A DNA stretch of 64,000 bases from NCBI RefSeq assembly GCF_009914755.1, contig NC_060925.1. One strand, written 5' to 3'. Positions within the stretch are counted from its first letter, which is position 1. The number at the start of each line of letters is the position of its first letter. This document shows, one piece after another, positions 17,484 to 35,284 of the stretch. The stretch comes from the human T2T-CHM13v2.0 reference genome, Homo sapiens. The position numbers were made by a program, and so were the translations under genes. The notes under the pieces were generated by a model. That model had not been told where the DNA came from and ran no database searches. It saw nothing but the letters and a program-made list of their open reading frames with translations.

Positions 17484-17705
17484 GGATGTACACTTTTGAA
17501 ATCAGTGCTTTCTTAATCACAACCTCATTCTAATGTTCATCCTCCTAGCAATTCCCTTCCCCATCCTTCACAGAGAATGTAAGTGAAGTTTTAACTTAGA
17601 GTGCAAATTTGAATTACAACTTGAATTAATAATGTTATACTGGCTTTCCCTTTCCTTCAGGCACTTTTTTTAACAAGTCTTCCATTAAATTTTTTATATA
17701 CATAC

Positions 17706-17768
17706 CTGAGAATGTATGGTGCTGTGATCTACTTGTGATTCACCACAGCCAACATATGAACATCTATT
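17706..17768 (-). CDS. USP33: USP33 coding exon (NRCSYVGCGESQVDHSTIHSQ), ZnF-UBP
   Basis: tag| acceptor, CAG|gtatgt donor; 63 nt. Confidence 0.95.
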
Positions 17769-18204
17769 CTATAAATAATTATATAGGAAGAAAAATAAGG
17801 TACTTTATAATATACATGTAAATTTATAACAGCATTACAATTACATTTACAATTAAGTTTGGATTACCTGTTTTACATTCAATGAGTAAATGACTTTCCA
17901 GTCATTAAATTTAACCAAATGTTTCCAGGCACAAAATAAAACCAGGATATATTTCTAAGCTAAAAGCTATGTCATTTCTAATAAAAGGCAAGCATAAAAT
18001 AGCTGAGTGATTTACTAAAAACTACAAAAGCACTACAGATTAAGATCTTTCCAAAGTTTAATTTTTGTTATTAATAATGACCTTTTAAAAGCAAGTTTAA
18101 TTTACAAAAATCACTTTAAGTATCAAAAATTTTCTGGTTATGATTATTCAGATCCAAATTTATTATTATTATAGCAATCTTTTCAGGAAAAAACATATAC
18201 ACAC

Positions 18205-18258
18205 CTCCAGACATGCCCAAAGATTTGGTCCTTGGACTTTACAATCCTGACAAGTACC
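18205..18258 (-). CDS. USP33: USP33 coding exon (GTCQDCKVQGPNLWACLE), ZnF-UBP
   Basis: tag| acceptor, GAG|gtgtgt donor; 54 nt; CxxC..LWACL motif. Confidence 0.95.
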
Positions 18259-18445
18259 CTATAAAAAGAAATTAAAAAGACAACATTGGTTATATTGACA
18301 CAAACACATACAATTCACTAATGCACTAATGACATCATACATATTTTTAAAATACTGCTCATAGAGTATTACAGTAATTTATGAAAATTACACATTCAAG
18401 AGAAAAGTGAATAGTTTTTCAAGGAAGAAAAAACCTGTTTCTTAC

Positions 18446-18577
18446 AAGGGATTTTTGTATCAAATCTTCTTTTGTTATTTCACCAACTGAATCCAAATGT
18501 GGACAATGATTTCGAAAAGCTGACATTTTGTTAGGAATTTTTTCCTGTTTCCCAAGACTTTCAAAATGAGGTAACAC
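18446..18577 (-). CDS. USP33: USP33 exon [28 protein letters not shown]...IQKSL; internal ATG at 18526 is the start for transcripts skipping the L1 exon
   Basis: tag| acceptor, CTT|gtaaga donor; 132 nt open throughout; ATG in aaaATGt context followed by CPHL ZnF-UBP start. Confidence 0.95.
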
Positions 18578-19097
18578 CTATAAGAAAAGTAACACACACA
18601 AAAAAATTAATAAATGCTTACAATGCCTGCAAAGATTCCAAAAAATAAAAAAATTAAAATGTTAACATATTAAAAATGATTAAAAGATAACATAAGAATG
18701 ATATAAGTTTGCCCTGTAAAAAGAGTGTATTCTCAAACATAGATGAGTTTTCAGAATTGAAGTTAATCTGAACACTGGAAATTTCTCTACTACATAAACA
18801 TTTTATTAAAATTGACATCTATAAACAAATGTAAGTTTGTTTCTCCATGACTTTTGCTGCTTTTCCCCTCTCATTTCACTTTTTATAGATAAATAAAAGG
18901 GGGGAATATTCAAGTTATTCAACTGTGAAGCACTTTTATCCTTTTAAAAAAAAAATTAATCCTTAGGCTGGACTAGGAGTTGAAAAAAAAAAACTTCAAG
19001 TAGAAAGCTTCATTTTTCTACTAATAGGACCCCCTACTGATGGCATAAATTAAATCATCTGGTATCCTGGCCTTATACCAGGATAAGCACTTTATAT

Positions 19098-19321
19098 CAG
19101 GGTTTCTCGATCCCGGCACTATTGACACTTAGGGCCAGATAATTCTTCGCTGTGAGGGATTGTCCTGTGCACTGCAGGTTATTTGGCAACATTCCCACTT
19201 CTATCCACAAGAGACAGACAGACCATCCCTGCCACCACTCTGAACTCTGATGACCAGTGTCTCTAGACTGTTTTAAATTATACCCTCTGGGGGACAAAAT
19301 CTCTCCAGGTTTGAGAACCCC
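19098..19321 (+). mobile_element. MER20 (hAT-Charlie)
   Basis: cagggtttctc..ggcactattgac..ggggacaaaatc..ttgagaacc. Confidence 0.75.
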
Positions 19322-19741
19322 ATTTTCATGATCTTTACAACCCCTGAAATAGGCACCATTATTAGCTTCATTTGCACATAAGGCTAAGAGATGCAAACTT
19401 TACTGATCCACAGTGTTTGGTTCAAGTAAAGCGAGTGATTTCCAAAGGTCTCAAGTCTAATTTGGTATTCCTAGATCTTTTGGTTGTACCTTTTTAATAA
19501 CAGGGCTTTTCATGCTCTTAATTCAACTTTGAGGTTTGAGAACACTTTCCCAAAAAAAGTTTAGAACTTGCTAGGATAGAATGAAACAGTTTAAAAGTTT
19601 GAACTTCAGAAACACTGTAAATTTAATTTCCTTTGTGGTTTATAAGTTATTCAATAAACCATGCAGGTCTATGTAATAGTTTATAACTATATAGAACCCC
19701 TTTGTTACCCTGTAGCTTATATAAGAGTGTCTGTCTGCCTT

Positions 19742-20057
<316 letters not shown>

Positions 20058-20127
20058 TCTGTCTGCCTTTTAAACCCATTGCAATAAATTTGCTGAAATA
20101 TTAACACATTAGTAAATACATTTTTTT

Positions 20128-20175
20128 TATTATACTTTAAGTTCTAGGGTACATGTGCACAATGTGCAGGTTTGT
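20128..20175 (-). mobile_element. Ultra-short 5'-truncated L1PA 3' end
   Basis: ttattatactttaagttctagggtacatgtgcac L1PA terminus; TSD gtaaatacattttttt at 20112 and 20176. Confidence 0.85.
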
Positions 20176-20203
20176 GTAAATACATTTTTTTAAGAAAAGT
20201 TGA

Positions 20204-20446
<243 letters not shown>

Positions 20447-20661
20447 TAGACTACCCCAAGCCAGAGAAAAAAACCACGGGAAAGGATTAGGTAAAACAAT
20501 TCTCAAAGCCTTTAAGGGTTGTTGGTATTCTCATCAGCCACAGTTGAAAGACACCATAATAGAGGAAATAATGCACTCAGAATGGCATTGCCTCAATAAT
20601 CGGAAGAAATTATCCTTAATCTAAAGGTTACTTTGGTTCTGTCTTTAAAAAGTTCAAAAAG

Positions 20662-20953
<292 letters not shown>

Positions 20954-21375
20954 TCAAAAAGAAGTCTTAGAAGGATCAAACTGTTCCAAAGGAATTGTGT
21001 TCGGAACAAAGCTTAAGGACATTTAAAGGAATGAAAAAATTCAGTACCCATCAAGGTAAAAATCACAATAACTGGCATCTAATAAAAAATGACAGGCATT
21101 CTAAGAAGGAAATTCTGACCCACAGTGAAGAGAAAAAGAAGAAACCAAGAAATAGCACAGATGACAGAACAAAGATAGACTAAATCTTAATCTTAAAAAT
21201 TAAATCAGAACATCAGTGATATAGGGGAAAATGTTCAAATTTGATGAAAACTAGAGCCCTACAGATCCACAAGCAATTTAAACTCAGCACAAAACACACA
21301 AACTACACCATGTACATCAAAAACAAATTACTTAAAACTAGTAATAAAAAGAAAATCTTAAAAAATAGCCAACAG

Positions 21376-21670
21376 GCTGGGTACAGTAGCTAATGCCTAT
21401 AATCCCAGCACTTCGGGAGGCCAAGGCAGGAGGATTCCTTGAGCTCAGGAGTTAGAGACCAGCCTGAGCAACATAGCGAGACCTCGTCTCTACTAAAAAT
21501 TTAAAAAATCATCCAGGCATGGTGGCACGTGCCTATAGTCCCACCTACTCACGAGGCTGAGGTGAGAGGATCACCTGAGCCCAGTAGATGGCAGCTACAG
21601 TGTGCTGTGATCACACCACTGCATTCCAGTCTGAGTGACACAGCAAGATCCTGTGCCAAAAACAAAAACA
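21376..21670 (+). repeat. AluJ whose tail abuts the L1PA
   Basis: Alu consensus match. Confidence 0.88.
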
Positions 21671-21671
21671 A

Positions 21672-22418
21672 ATTTGGAATAAGTGCGACACGGTGCTAAG
21701 AATGTATATTCTGTTGATATGGTGTGGAAAGTTCTGTAGATGTCTATTAGGTCCACTTGGTGCAGAGCTGAGTTCAATTCCTGGACATCCCTGTTAACTT
21801 TCTGTCTCGTTGATCTGTCTAATGTTGACAGTGGGTGTTAAAGTCTCCCATTATTATTGTGTGGGAGTCTAAGTCTCTTTGTAGGTCTCTAAGGACTTGC
21901 TTTATGAATGTGGGTGCTCCTGTATTGGGTGCATATATATTTAGGATAGTTAGCTCTTCTTGTTGAATTGATCCCTTTACCATTATGTAATTGCCTTCTT
22001 CGTCTCTTTTGATCTTTGATGGTTTAAAGCCTGTTTTATCAGAGACTAGGATTGCAAACCCTGCTTTTTTGTTTTCCATTTGCTTGGTAGATCTTCCTCC
22101 ATCCCTTTATTTTGAGCCTATGTGTGTGTCTGCACATGAGATGGGACTCCTGAATACAGCACACTGATGGGTCTTGACTTTTTATCCAATTTGCCAGTCT
22201 GGGTCTTTTAATTGGGGCATTTAGCCCACTTACCTTTAAGGTTAATATCGTTATGTGTGAATTTGATCCTGTCATTACGATGTTAGCTGGTTATTTTGCT
22301 CATTAGTTGAGGCAGTTTCTTCCTAACATCGATGGTCTTTACAATTTGGCATGTTTTTGCAGTGGCTGGTACCGGTTGTTCCTTTCCATGTTTAGTGCTT
22401 CCTTCAGGAGCTCTTGTA
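21672..22418 (-). mobile_element. L1PA inverted 5' segment: ORF1 C-terminus, 63-nt spacer, ORF2 endonuclease N-terminal region
   Basis: Translates to ...[37 protein letters not shown].., CCIQESHL, LNIYAPN, IIMGDFNT. Confidence 0.95.
22234..22275 (-). CDS. USP33: USP33 long-isoform N-terminus MTGSNSHITILTLK, from L1 ORF2 start (coding part of an L1-derived exon ~22234-22412)
   Basis: ATG at 22275, perfect donor AAG|GTAAGT at 22234/22233, phase 0 into exon 18577. Joined peptide [24 protein letters not shown] matches the USP33 N-terminus as I recall it. Confidence 0.85.
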
Positions 22419-23714
<1,296 letters not shown>

Positions 23715-24052
23715 TAATATTTCACTAGTACTTTAATTTACGTTATCCTGACAACCAGTAAGTTTGAATGTCTTTTCATAAATGTTACAGCTTTCTGGAT
23801 TTGTTCTTTTATTAATTGCTTCTTTAAATCTTTTGCCCTTTTTACTATTGGGTCCATAACCTCTTCTTTTAAAATTAATCCTCTATCCTCTATATTGCAA
23901 AATATTTTTTCAAACTTACCTACCTACCTTTTTAATTGTGGTAAACACCATGCTGAAAAGATTGCCCTCTCCCCACTGAATGGTCTTGGCATCACTGTCA
24001 AAAATCATTTGATCATATATAGTACATAAGGATTTATTTCTGGGCTTCTGGG

Positions 24053-24370
24053 CTTTTTTTTTTTTTTTTTTTTTTAAAGAGATGGTGTCTTGTTCCATTA
24101 CTTTCATTACTCAGGGGAGTGCAGTGGCATGATCATAGCTCACTGCAACCTCCAACTCATAGACCCAAACAATTCCACTGCCGCAGCCTTCCAAGCAGCT
24201 AGGACTACAGGTGTGAGCCACCCCACCTGGCTAATTTTTAACTTTCTTTTGTGGAGACAAAGTCTTGCTATGTTGACCAGGCTGGTCTCAAACTCCTAGC
24301 CTCAAGCAATCCTCCTAACCTTGGACTCCCAAAGCGCTGGGATTATAAGCATGAGCCACTGCACCAAGCC
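24053..24370 (-). repeat. AluJ
   Basis: Diverged Alu match. Confidence 0.85.
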
Positions 24371-25201
24371 TATTCCTAATCTATTCCATTGGTCAATATG
24401 TCTGTCTTAATGCCAATACTGTTATTAACTTTCTTATGGTATCCTTTACCATTAAAAGGTCTTAATTTTTGTAAAATTAAATATGCCTCTTGTAATAGCT
24501 TCTGAGTTTCTTATCTTCACATTTCCTTTACCCTAGCTTGTATAACTAAACCTGGAGAATAACCTTAAGTATTTCTATAAGGCTTTGATCCATCTGGAAT
24601 TTATCTTAAGATAGGAACCCAATTTTATTTTCTTCCAGATGGGCAGACAGTTGTACCAGCACCACTTATTAAATAATCTCCCCATTTCCCATTGAACTGT
24701 AATACTACCTTTATCTTTTATTAAATCTGCACATATACTGGATTTCTGGATTCTCTATTTTATTCCACCAATCTATGACAATACCATATTAATCTGATTA
24801 CAGAGGCTAGATACAATATTTTGGTAACAAAAGACACACCTCCTCACTAATCCTTTTCATGGTTTCCCTGGCTACACTGTGGCTGTAATGGAAAACATAA
24901 GTTTTCCATTTTTATTTTGTTTCAACCTTTCAAAAAGTTTTACTTCTTTTCAAGGGGAGGAGTTTTAGTTCTTATTTCAAGGGGAGGAGTTTTAGTTCTT
25001 ATTTTCTGATATTAACACCATTATTCACTTTTACTGTTTTAATGCATTTACCAGAACCTCTTAAGACAATACTGAATACAAATGTGATCATGGGCATCCC
25101 CAAGTCCCCATCAAGTTTCTAATTTTAATGCTCTTGACATTTAGGATATTTGCTGTAACTTCCCTCTATTCTTACTTTACTTATTAGAAATGGTCTTGAT
25201 G

Positions 25202-25495
25202 GGCTGGGCATGGTAGCTCACATCTGTAATCCCAGCAATTTGGGAGGCTGAGGCGGGTGGATCACAAGATCAGGAGTTTAAGACTAGCCTGGTCAATATG
25301 GTGAAACCCCATCTCTACTAAAAATACAAAAATTAGCCAGGCATGGTGGCAGGCGCCTGTAGTCCCAGCTACTCAGGAGACTGAGGCAGGAGAATCACTT
25401 TAACCCGGGAGGCAGAGGCTGCAGTGAGCCAAGATTGCGTCACTGCACTCCATCCTGGCGACACAGCGAGACTCCGTCTCAAAAAAAAAAAAAAA
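25202..25495 (+). repeat. AluS
   Basis: TSD agaaatggtcttgatg. Confidence 0.9.
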
Positions 25496-26061
25496 GAAAT
25501 GGTCTTGATGAACTATGGCTAATATTGTATTTAGAAATTTTGCATTTCTGGGCATAAGTGAGACTGTTCTTTTTTGGCAGCATTCCTTCCCTCCCCCCCC
25601 CCCCCCGTGCTTGAATCAGGATTGGCAGCATTTATCAGAGATAAAATATGTGTGCTTCACAGAATGCATTGACTAGCTTTGCATTCTTCATCATGGAAAA
25701 GAGAGTTCCTTTTTATTATAATGATGTGTTGTTCTTCATAAATGAAACTCAGCTGTGAAATTATATGCTATGCTGCCTCTGTCAAGAACCAATCTTCCAT
25801 CATTTTTTCAAACCTTTCATGGGGATTGGGCAATTAACATTTTTACTTCTTGGGTCAATTTTACTCATTGACATTTTGCTATAACAACATCCATTTTCTC
25901 TTGAAATAACTTTGACAGTATAGCATTACATGTATATTCTCAAGAAAATCTGCAAAAGATTCCATTAATGTCTCCTGTATTTGGGGTCTATGGTGTTTAC
26001 TCATTCCCAATCTTGTACATTTTTATTCCATATCTTTTTCTTCTACAAGATGTTTATCTAG

Positions 26062-26529
<468 letters not shown>

Positions 26530-26824
26530 TGAGCGCTTTGTTTACTGAAAGTATTTAAGCTATGTATTTTCCTCTAAAGTAAAAATTCTGCATTTGCCAA
26601 TGAAATGTAGATGTTCTTCTCACTGCTTTTTAGGCAATACTATTTTGCCTCAGAGGAAAGAAATGGGATCAGAGGATTGAAAAGAAACTTCCAAGATAAA
26701 TATTTTTTTCTAAAATCTCAAGCAAAAAATAAGATTAAAATAAATTCTCTCTGCTGATAGCTGAGATGAAAAAAAGAATAAAACATAAATACATTCTCTC
26801 TGCTCTGCTATTAATTTTGCATTA

Positions 26825-27500
<676 letters not shown>

Positions 27501-28180
27501 GAAAAGAATTAGTGCATGTAAACAAAGGCTAACAATTTGTCCCAAGGATATTTAGTATCCCGTATAATACAATGCTATCAAAATAGAAAACCCTTAGTAT
27601 TTTCTTTGCCTAGTTTTACTCAGTTTATTTACTAAGGTAATAAAATCATTCTTTTATTCCTTTATTTGACAAATGTTTATTGAGGGTAGGGCATTCAGAT
27701 ATAGTAGGGTAAGACAATGGGAGTTCTTAGCTACTTCAATTTCTTCTCAAATTGTACACCAAAAGAAAGAAGGCATGTATGCTTCCATTCTTGTCTGATA
27801 ATTTAATCACAGGAGATGAGTATTAGACATTAGAAAAAAACAGAAAATGGTTGTATATGGAAATGCTATTGTCCAATCCACAGAAGTAGATTTTGCAAAA
27901 CTAAGACTCCTGTAGAAGCTTGTGACTTACAAGTTGGAAATCACAAAGAGTGCACAAGATTTTATCTGTTTGTCCTTATCTTTGTAATCTTGTATCTGGC
28001 AGCTTTTTCCTCTATCTGCCACACTAACTGGACTACTGGAAGTTTTCTCACCAATAATGATGGCAGCAACACCAACTGAAAATTTTTCCAGATGAAAACG
28101 ACTGCACTCACGCTCTATGATGTACAGCTCCGGTGGCTAAATTGCTCATCTGCATTAAAGTAAATGCAAAACTGCTTCTG

Positions 28181-28798
<618 letters not shown>

Positions 28799-28948
28799 GA
28801 AGATATTACTTTTAAGGGGAGAATATTTTCGTAGTACAATCTCCAAATTCCAGGTTGAAATTCTGACCCCTTATCCTAATAGAAGATAATCAATCAGCTA
28901 TTCAAATTTTAATATTAGGAAAAGTATAGGGAACCATGTTATTAGTAC

Positions 28949-29249
<301 letters not shown>

Positions 29250-29605
29250 TAATATAATAATTACACATCAGGACATAGTTGGTAACCTAAGGAGCTTTTA
29301 ATATTGAGAAACTGCCTGAATTCCATTGCCTAGTCTATTCCAAAAAGTAAAGCTCTTCATAAAAAGTCAGATTCACATTACAGAGAAAAAAAATTATGTC
29401 AGAAGGATTGGTAGCTATTTAATAGTTACATATAAGATTAATATGAATGCAGGAGGTCTTCACTAGCAGGTGTCAGAACTGCTCAATATTTTTAACAATA
29501 ACCTGGATAAAGCTACAGAAGGCAGGCTAGTAAAATATAAACTTAAAATTATAAAAATAAGTTTTTAAAGAAAAATTAAACTATTTTTTAAAATAAGCTA
29601 AAATT

Positions 29606-29910
<305 letters not shown>

Positions 29911-32138
29911 ATTAGCTAAAATTAACAGGACGAAATTTAATAATGATGGATGTGATATTCGACATTGGGATTCAAAGAATCAACCATATAAACTGAGACC
30001 AAAAAAGGGGGTCAGGTATTTGGATTCTAGACCCTTGAAGAAGTAGCAATTCCTACTCAATTAATCAACAGAACACTAGGTTTCAAGGTTTCAGAATAAA
30101 AAGAGTAACCAGTCTTGCTGGGTATGGTGGCTCACACCTGTAATCCCAGCACTCTGGGAGGCAGGGGCATGAGGATCGCTTGAGGCCAAGAGTTCAAGAC
30201 CAGCCTAGGCAACAGAGTGATACCCACCCCCCATCTTTACAAAAAAAAAATAATAATTTTTTAATTGAATAGAGTGGTGAAAAGGGGAAAAAATAATAGC
30301 CAATCTTAATGTTCGCATAAAATAAGTAGATTATATCTGGAATACAGTATTTTATTTAAGAAGAATACTAAAAGCTACAGAATAAGAGTGCCTCTCATAG
30401 AAAACCTTAAAAGAAATAATTTGAAAACTGTATCTTATAAGATAGCACTGTACTAAGAGTAAAGTTTCTGGAGCAAGGCTCCACTATCTCCTAGATTTGG
30501 GACCAGTGGTAAGTTTCTTCTCTTTGCCTTAGCTCCCTCATCTAAAACACTGATCTAATTACAAATATCTACTTTCTAGAGTTTTGGAGAAGATTAATAT
30601 ATAATATTTTAAACTAATTATATAATTACACATAATACGTTAATATATAATTACATATTATATATTAGTATATATAAAATACTTAGAAGAGGGTGATATA
30701 GTAAGTACTCAGTAAATGTCAACCATTACGAACTGAAAGCATGGATGTTTAAACAGCAGAAGGCAAAAGATGCCAGGACTTGATACACATGTTCCAATTG
30801 AACATGATGACCAAAGGGATCCTTTCTTTTCTGTGCAACTTGAGAAAGTCAGAACAGCATATTCAATCAACGGTGAAGACTTCGGTTCAAATACAGATGA
30901 ACTTTCATGGAAGGAGCATGTTCCCCATAATTGTTACACAGAGGTTGGGTAACTGTCAGAGGTGCTTCAAAGGACAGCAAGCACTTTGCACTAAAAACTC
31001 AGAATTGAATTAAGATTCTATGATTATAAAAAAATTGATTTGTCTTTCAACAGTTTCAATCTAGACTATGGTTCCACGAGTACTAGTCCAGCAGTACCAT
31101 ATGAAATATTACACTTTAGCAAAAATACAATGAAGGAATAAGCTTATGGCTTATCTTTCCATATTTATCATGGAAGAAAATTGCTACCCAATAAAAGCAA
31201 GCCAAAAAAACTGATGAATGGAAGGAAGTTATCAATGAAGAGTGCAACAACAAGCAGAAAAGTTTATTTTATTCTCAATCCATAGTAAGTGCTCAGGGAG
31301 ACTTTTCACAAAAGAAATCAGCTGACAAGCATTTTAAATAACTGTTTCTTTCCCTTTAAACAAATATTCTGAGAATAAAATCATTCAAACCTCTGTGAGG
31401 ATTTGAAGATCCCACAAAGTCCTATAATACTTACCTAATCATTCTTAATTTTCATTCAAAACCACAACACAGAAAAAGAAATGTAGTGCTAATCTTTTTA
31501 TTTCTCTTTTACTAGAAAATCTGTCTCATTGATCCTTAAGAGTCTAATTAATGAGAGCCTTAAGGCTATTAAAAGAAATACGCAGTCTTCTAACTGAGTT
31601 CTCTGGCTACAACCTATGTGTTCTACAATCTATTCTTAACATTACCACTATTAATAATACCAAAGTATAGCTCCAATCTGGCAATCTTCATTCCAAATAA
31701 CATCCTCTAAATGAGATTTGTAAATATTAATTAGCATTTCCTATAAAGATTTTTAAAAATCTGTCCAATAATGAATGGCAAAATATGGTCAATTCTAGCC
31801 TTATCTCGTTGAAATAATTTTGAGAAATATTGGAAGAGAGAGGAAATAGAAATGAATTAATGAATATGACAGAGTTCTAACAGAGTCTCAAATAAGCTGA
31901 TGATAATTTTCACTCTAAGTCTCACTTTTGAGCAAGATGAAGAGTTAATATACTGGCATTACGGAACAGTCATTAAAAATATTCATGTAAACCACATAGA
32001 AACATGGAAAAACCTAAATCTTCAGTTCAGCTTGTGAGCAAAAAGAAAAAAGAAAGAAAGAATATGAGAAAACAAATGCTATCACCATATTCAAATGAGA
32101 ACCACCATAAGAAAAATTATCAATTCTTTTATTGTTTA

Positions 32139-32510
<372 letters not shown>

Positions 32511-34906
32511 AGTAAAATATATAAGAAATTCCTCTTCTAGGATTTTATAAAAGTTAAAACCTGTGGGAAATGGTCTTATTTTAGGTCACATTCAGCCCTA
32601 TAGTTTCACCACATTACTGTATTTCAGGACTGTGATAAGCCCTGGGGGATAGAAATTAATTTAACAAATGCTTATAATCCAGCATGGGCCAGACATTATA
32701 AGTTTGTGGGGATGGCAGCATTGTTCAAGTCTCCACCCTGCTTTCCTTTTGAATGACTGGTCATCAACACTCTTATCATCACTCTCCTGAATACTATGCA
32801 ATTTTTTCACTTTCCTTAAAAAACTAATTTGAAAGTCAGTGTCCTTCTGTCAACCCTTCTTTTTCACAAGTTAACTAACTTTTAAACCTCAGTACCATCT
32901 TAGATCCCTCCTTACTTTTTTCATTTACTTTTTTTGAAATGGGAGGCTCTCTATATTGCCCAGGTTGGACTTGAACTTCTGGGCTCAAGCAAATCTCCTG
33001 TTTCAGCCTCCCAAGTGACTGAGACTACAGGCTCAAGCCACAGCACCTGGCTCCCCTCCTCACTTTCTATCAGTTTCTAAATTCGGCATTTTTTTTTTTA
33101 ACCACATTTCATCTCACATTTCTTCTAGGTCTCTATCTAAATTGAGGCTTTTATTTCACATCTGGATTATTCAATGAGAATGCCTGTTAAGACACAGAGT
33201 TGATACCTGGACCATCTCCTTTCAGCTCACTTCAATGTTTACTTGTAGCTGGTATGCACAGTTAACACACTGACAACTTCCCATCTCAACTACTTCTCTC
33301 CTCAGCTCTCCAGCACCTCAGGAGCTTGCCAAGCCCTACCTAACCAGTGTACCTGGGAAGTTCTGGGAGCCTTTTAGATAAAGGCAATCTTTATCAGTGA
33401 GGATTGACTGTAGATGGAAAACCACCCAGCTCCCCTTCATTTGGGGCAGTTATACAAAACTCTGAGGCAGTTATACAAAAATCTCCAAAGGCTTAAGCAG
33501 CCTCCAGTTGGCCTTCCACTATTAACCTTTTTTCCTCCTTCTCTGATTCTACCTGCTTCCTCACTTGTGCTTTATAGCATCTCACCTGCACCCATGTCAT
33601 CTCAGGTCCAAGTTCAAGATGCACTTCAGAGAAACCATAAGGGCTACAAAAATAATGGTCACAATCTAGCTTAACATAAAGCCACCCCAGCAGTCTTCCA
33701 GTCTCAATCTTCTAACAGTTACAGCTCATTTTCCTTTCATGTGGATCACATACCTCTTCTGATCAAACACCTTCAGTGAAGTCTTTCATAATTTGTCTTC
33801 TTTATCTATTATTAACTTACATAAACTATGAATATCAGCCACATTGTTCTACCGATGTTTTCTCAAATGTAAGTTGTACCCTTCAAGGAGCTCATTAATC
33901 TGTTCACATTACAAATATCCTCCAATATTTACCTTTCAAAGCTCACTCATCTCAAATACTACCTTCACCAAGCCCCAATCACAAGTAATGTCTACCTCAC
34001 CTAAATTCCTAAGGAACTTTTATAAAAACTCATAAGGCATTTACTGTTGTGTAAAAAATTGCCTCACTTGACTACAAGTTCTTTGAAGGCAGAAACCACG
34101 TTTCATTCTTTTTGTTTTCCAAAGGGCCTTGTCCTGGTAGACTCAAAATATTGACCTAACTTAACCTTCTGAACATTTGACAGCATGATTTATTTTGATA
34201 TACATATTGTTTCTTAAAGACTAGTTCTCAGTATACAATATAGCACATAATTCATGTGCCTTTTTATAGATAGTTAAAAGCAACTGTACTCATCTCACAC
34301 TCTTTGGAGTTTTCCCACTTATCAAAATGTTCCTGCAGACACATGTACACTTTTAAAGTTTAAAAACTACACTAAATAGAGCTGTTACTTATTCCCTTCC
34401 TTTTTAGAAATGGTTACATTTCACATTTCTCACCAAAAATCTTTCAGCATTTTATGTACTTCATTTTCTTGTGAAGAGTCCACAGTCTTGTCATATGTTA
34501 TAGTTCACAGTGCTCCAATCTTAATCTATCTGAATTCCCAATCTGTATCAAAAGCTGCTTTGGCAACATTATTTCAGGCTTTACGAAATTCTGATCCTTA
34601 CACAATCTTGAAATGTTTCTGTCATGGGGAAAGACTTTATTTCTTGGCATTCGGAGCTCAGAGGACTGGCATGAGGATCAAGTAAGACTGTGTAAGTGAA
34701 AGGTCACAGAAAATTCTAATACTACTACATAAATGTAAGAATTATCATCTCAATTCTGAATTTCAAATATTTAAAATCACCTATTTACTACAATCTAATG
34801 TCATTAAACTGCAGTTATATAAAAAGACTTGCTTACTGTTAAGTTATAAAAAGTTCAGAAAAGACAGAAAAAAAGTGAAACTGGCCATAAACCAGATCAT
34901 AAATAG

Positions 34907-35284
<378 letters not shown>

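Noticed and set aside
30770-30952. 60-aa ATG ORF with plausible composition in USP33 intron 1
   Set aside because: No recognisable motif or exon context; probably ancient repeat-derived or neutral sequence, cannot be supported without alignment
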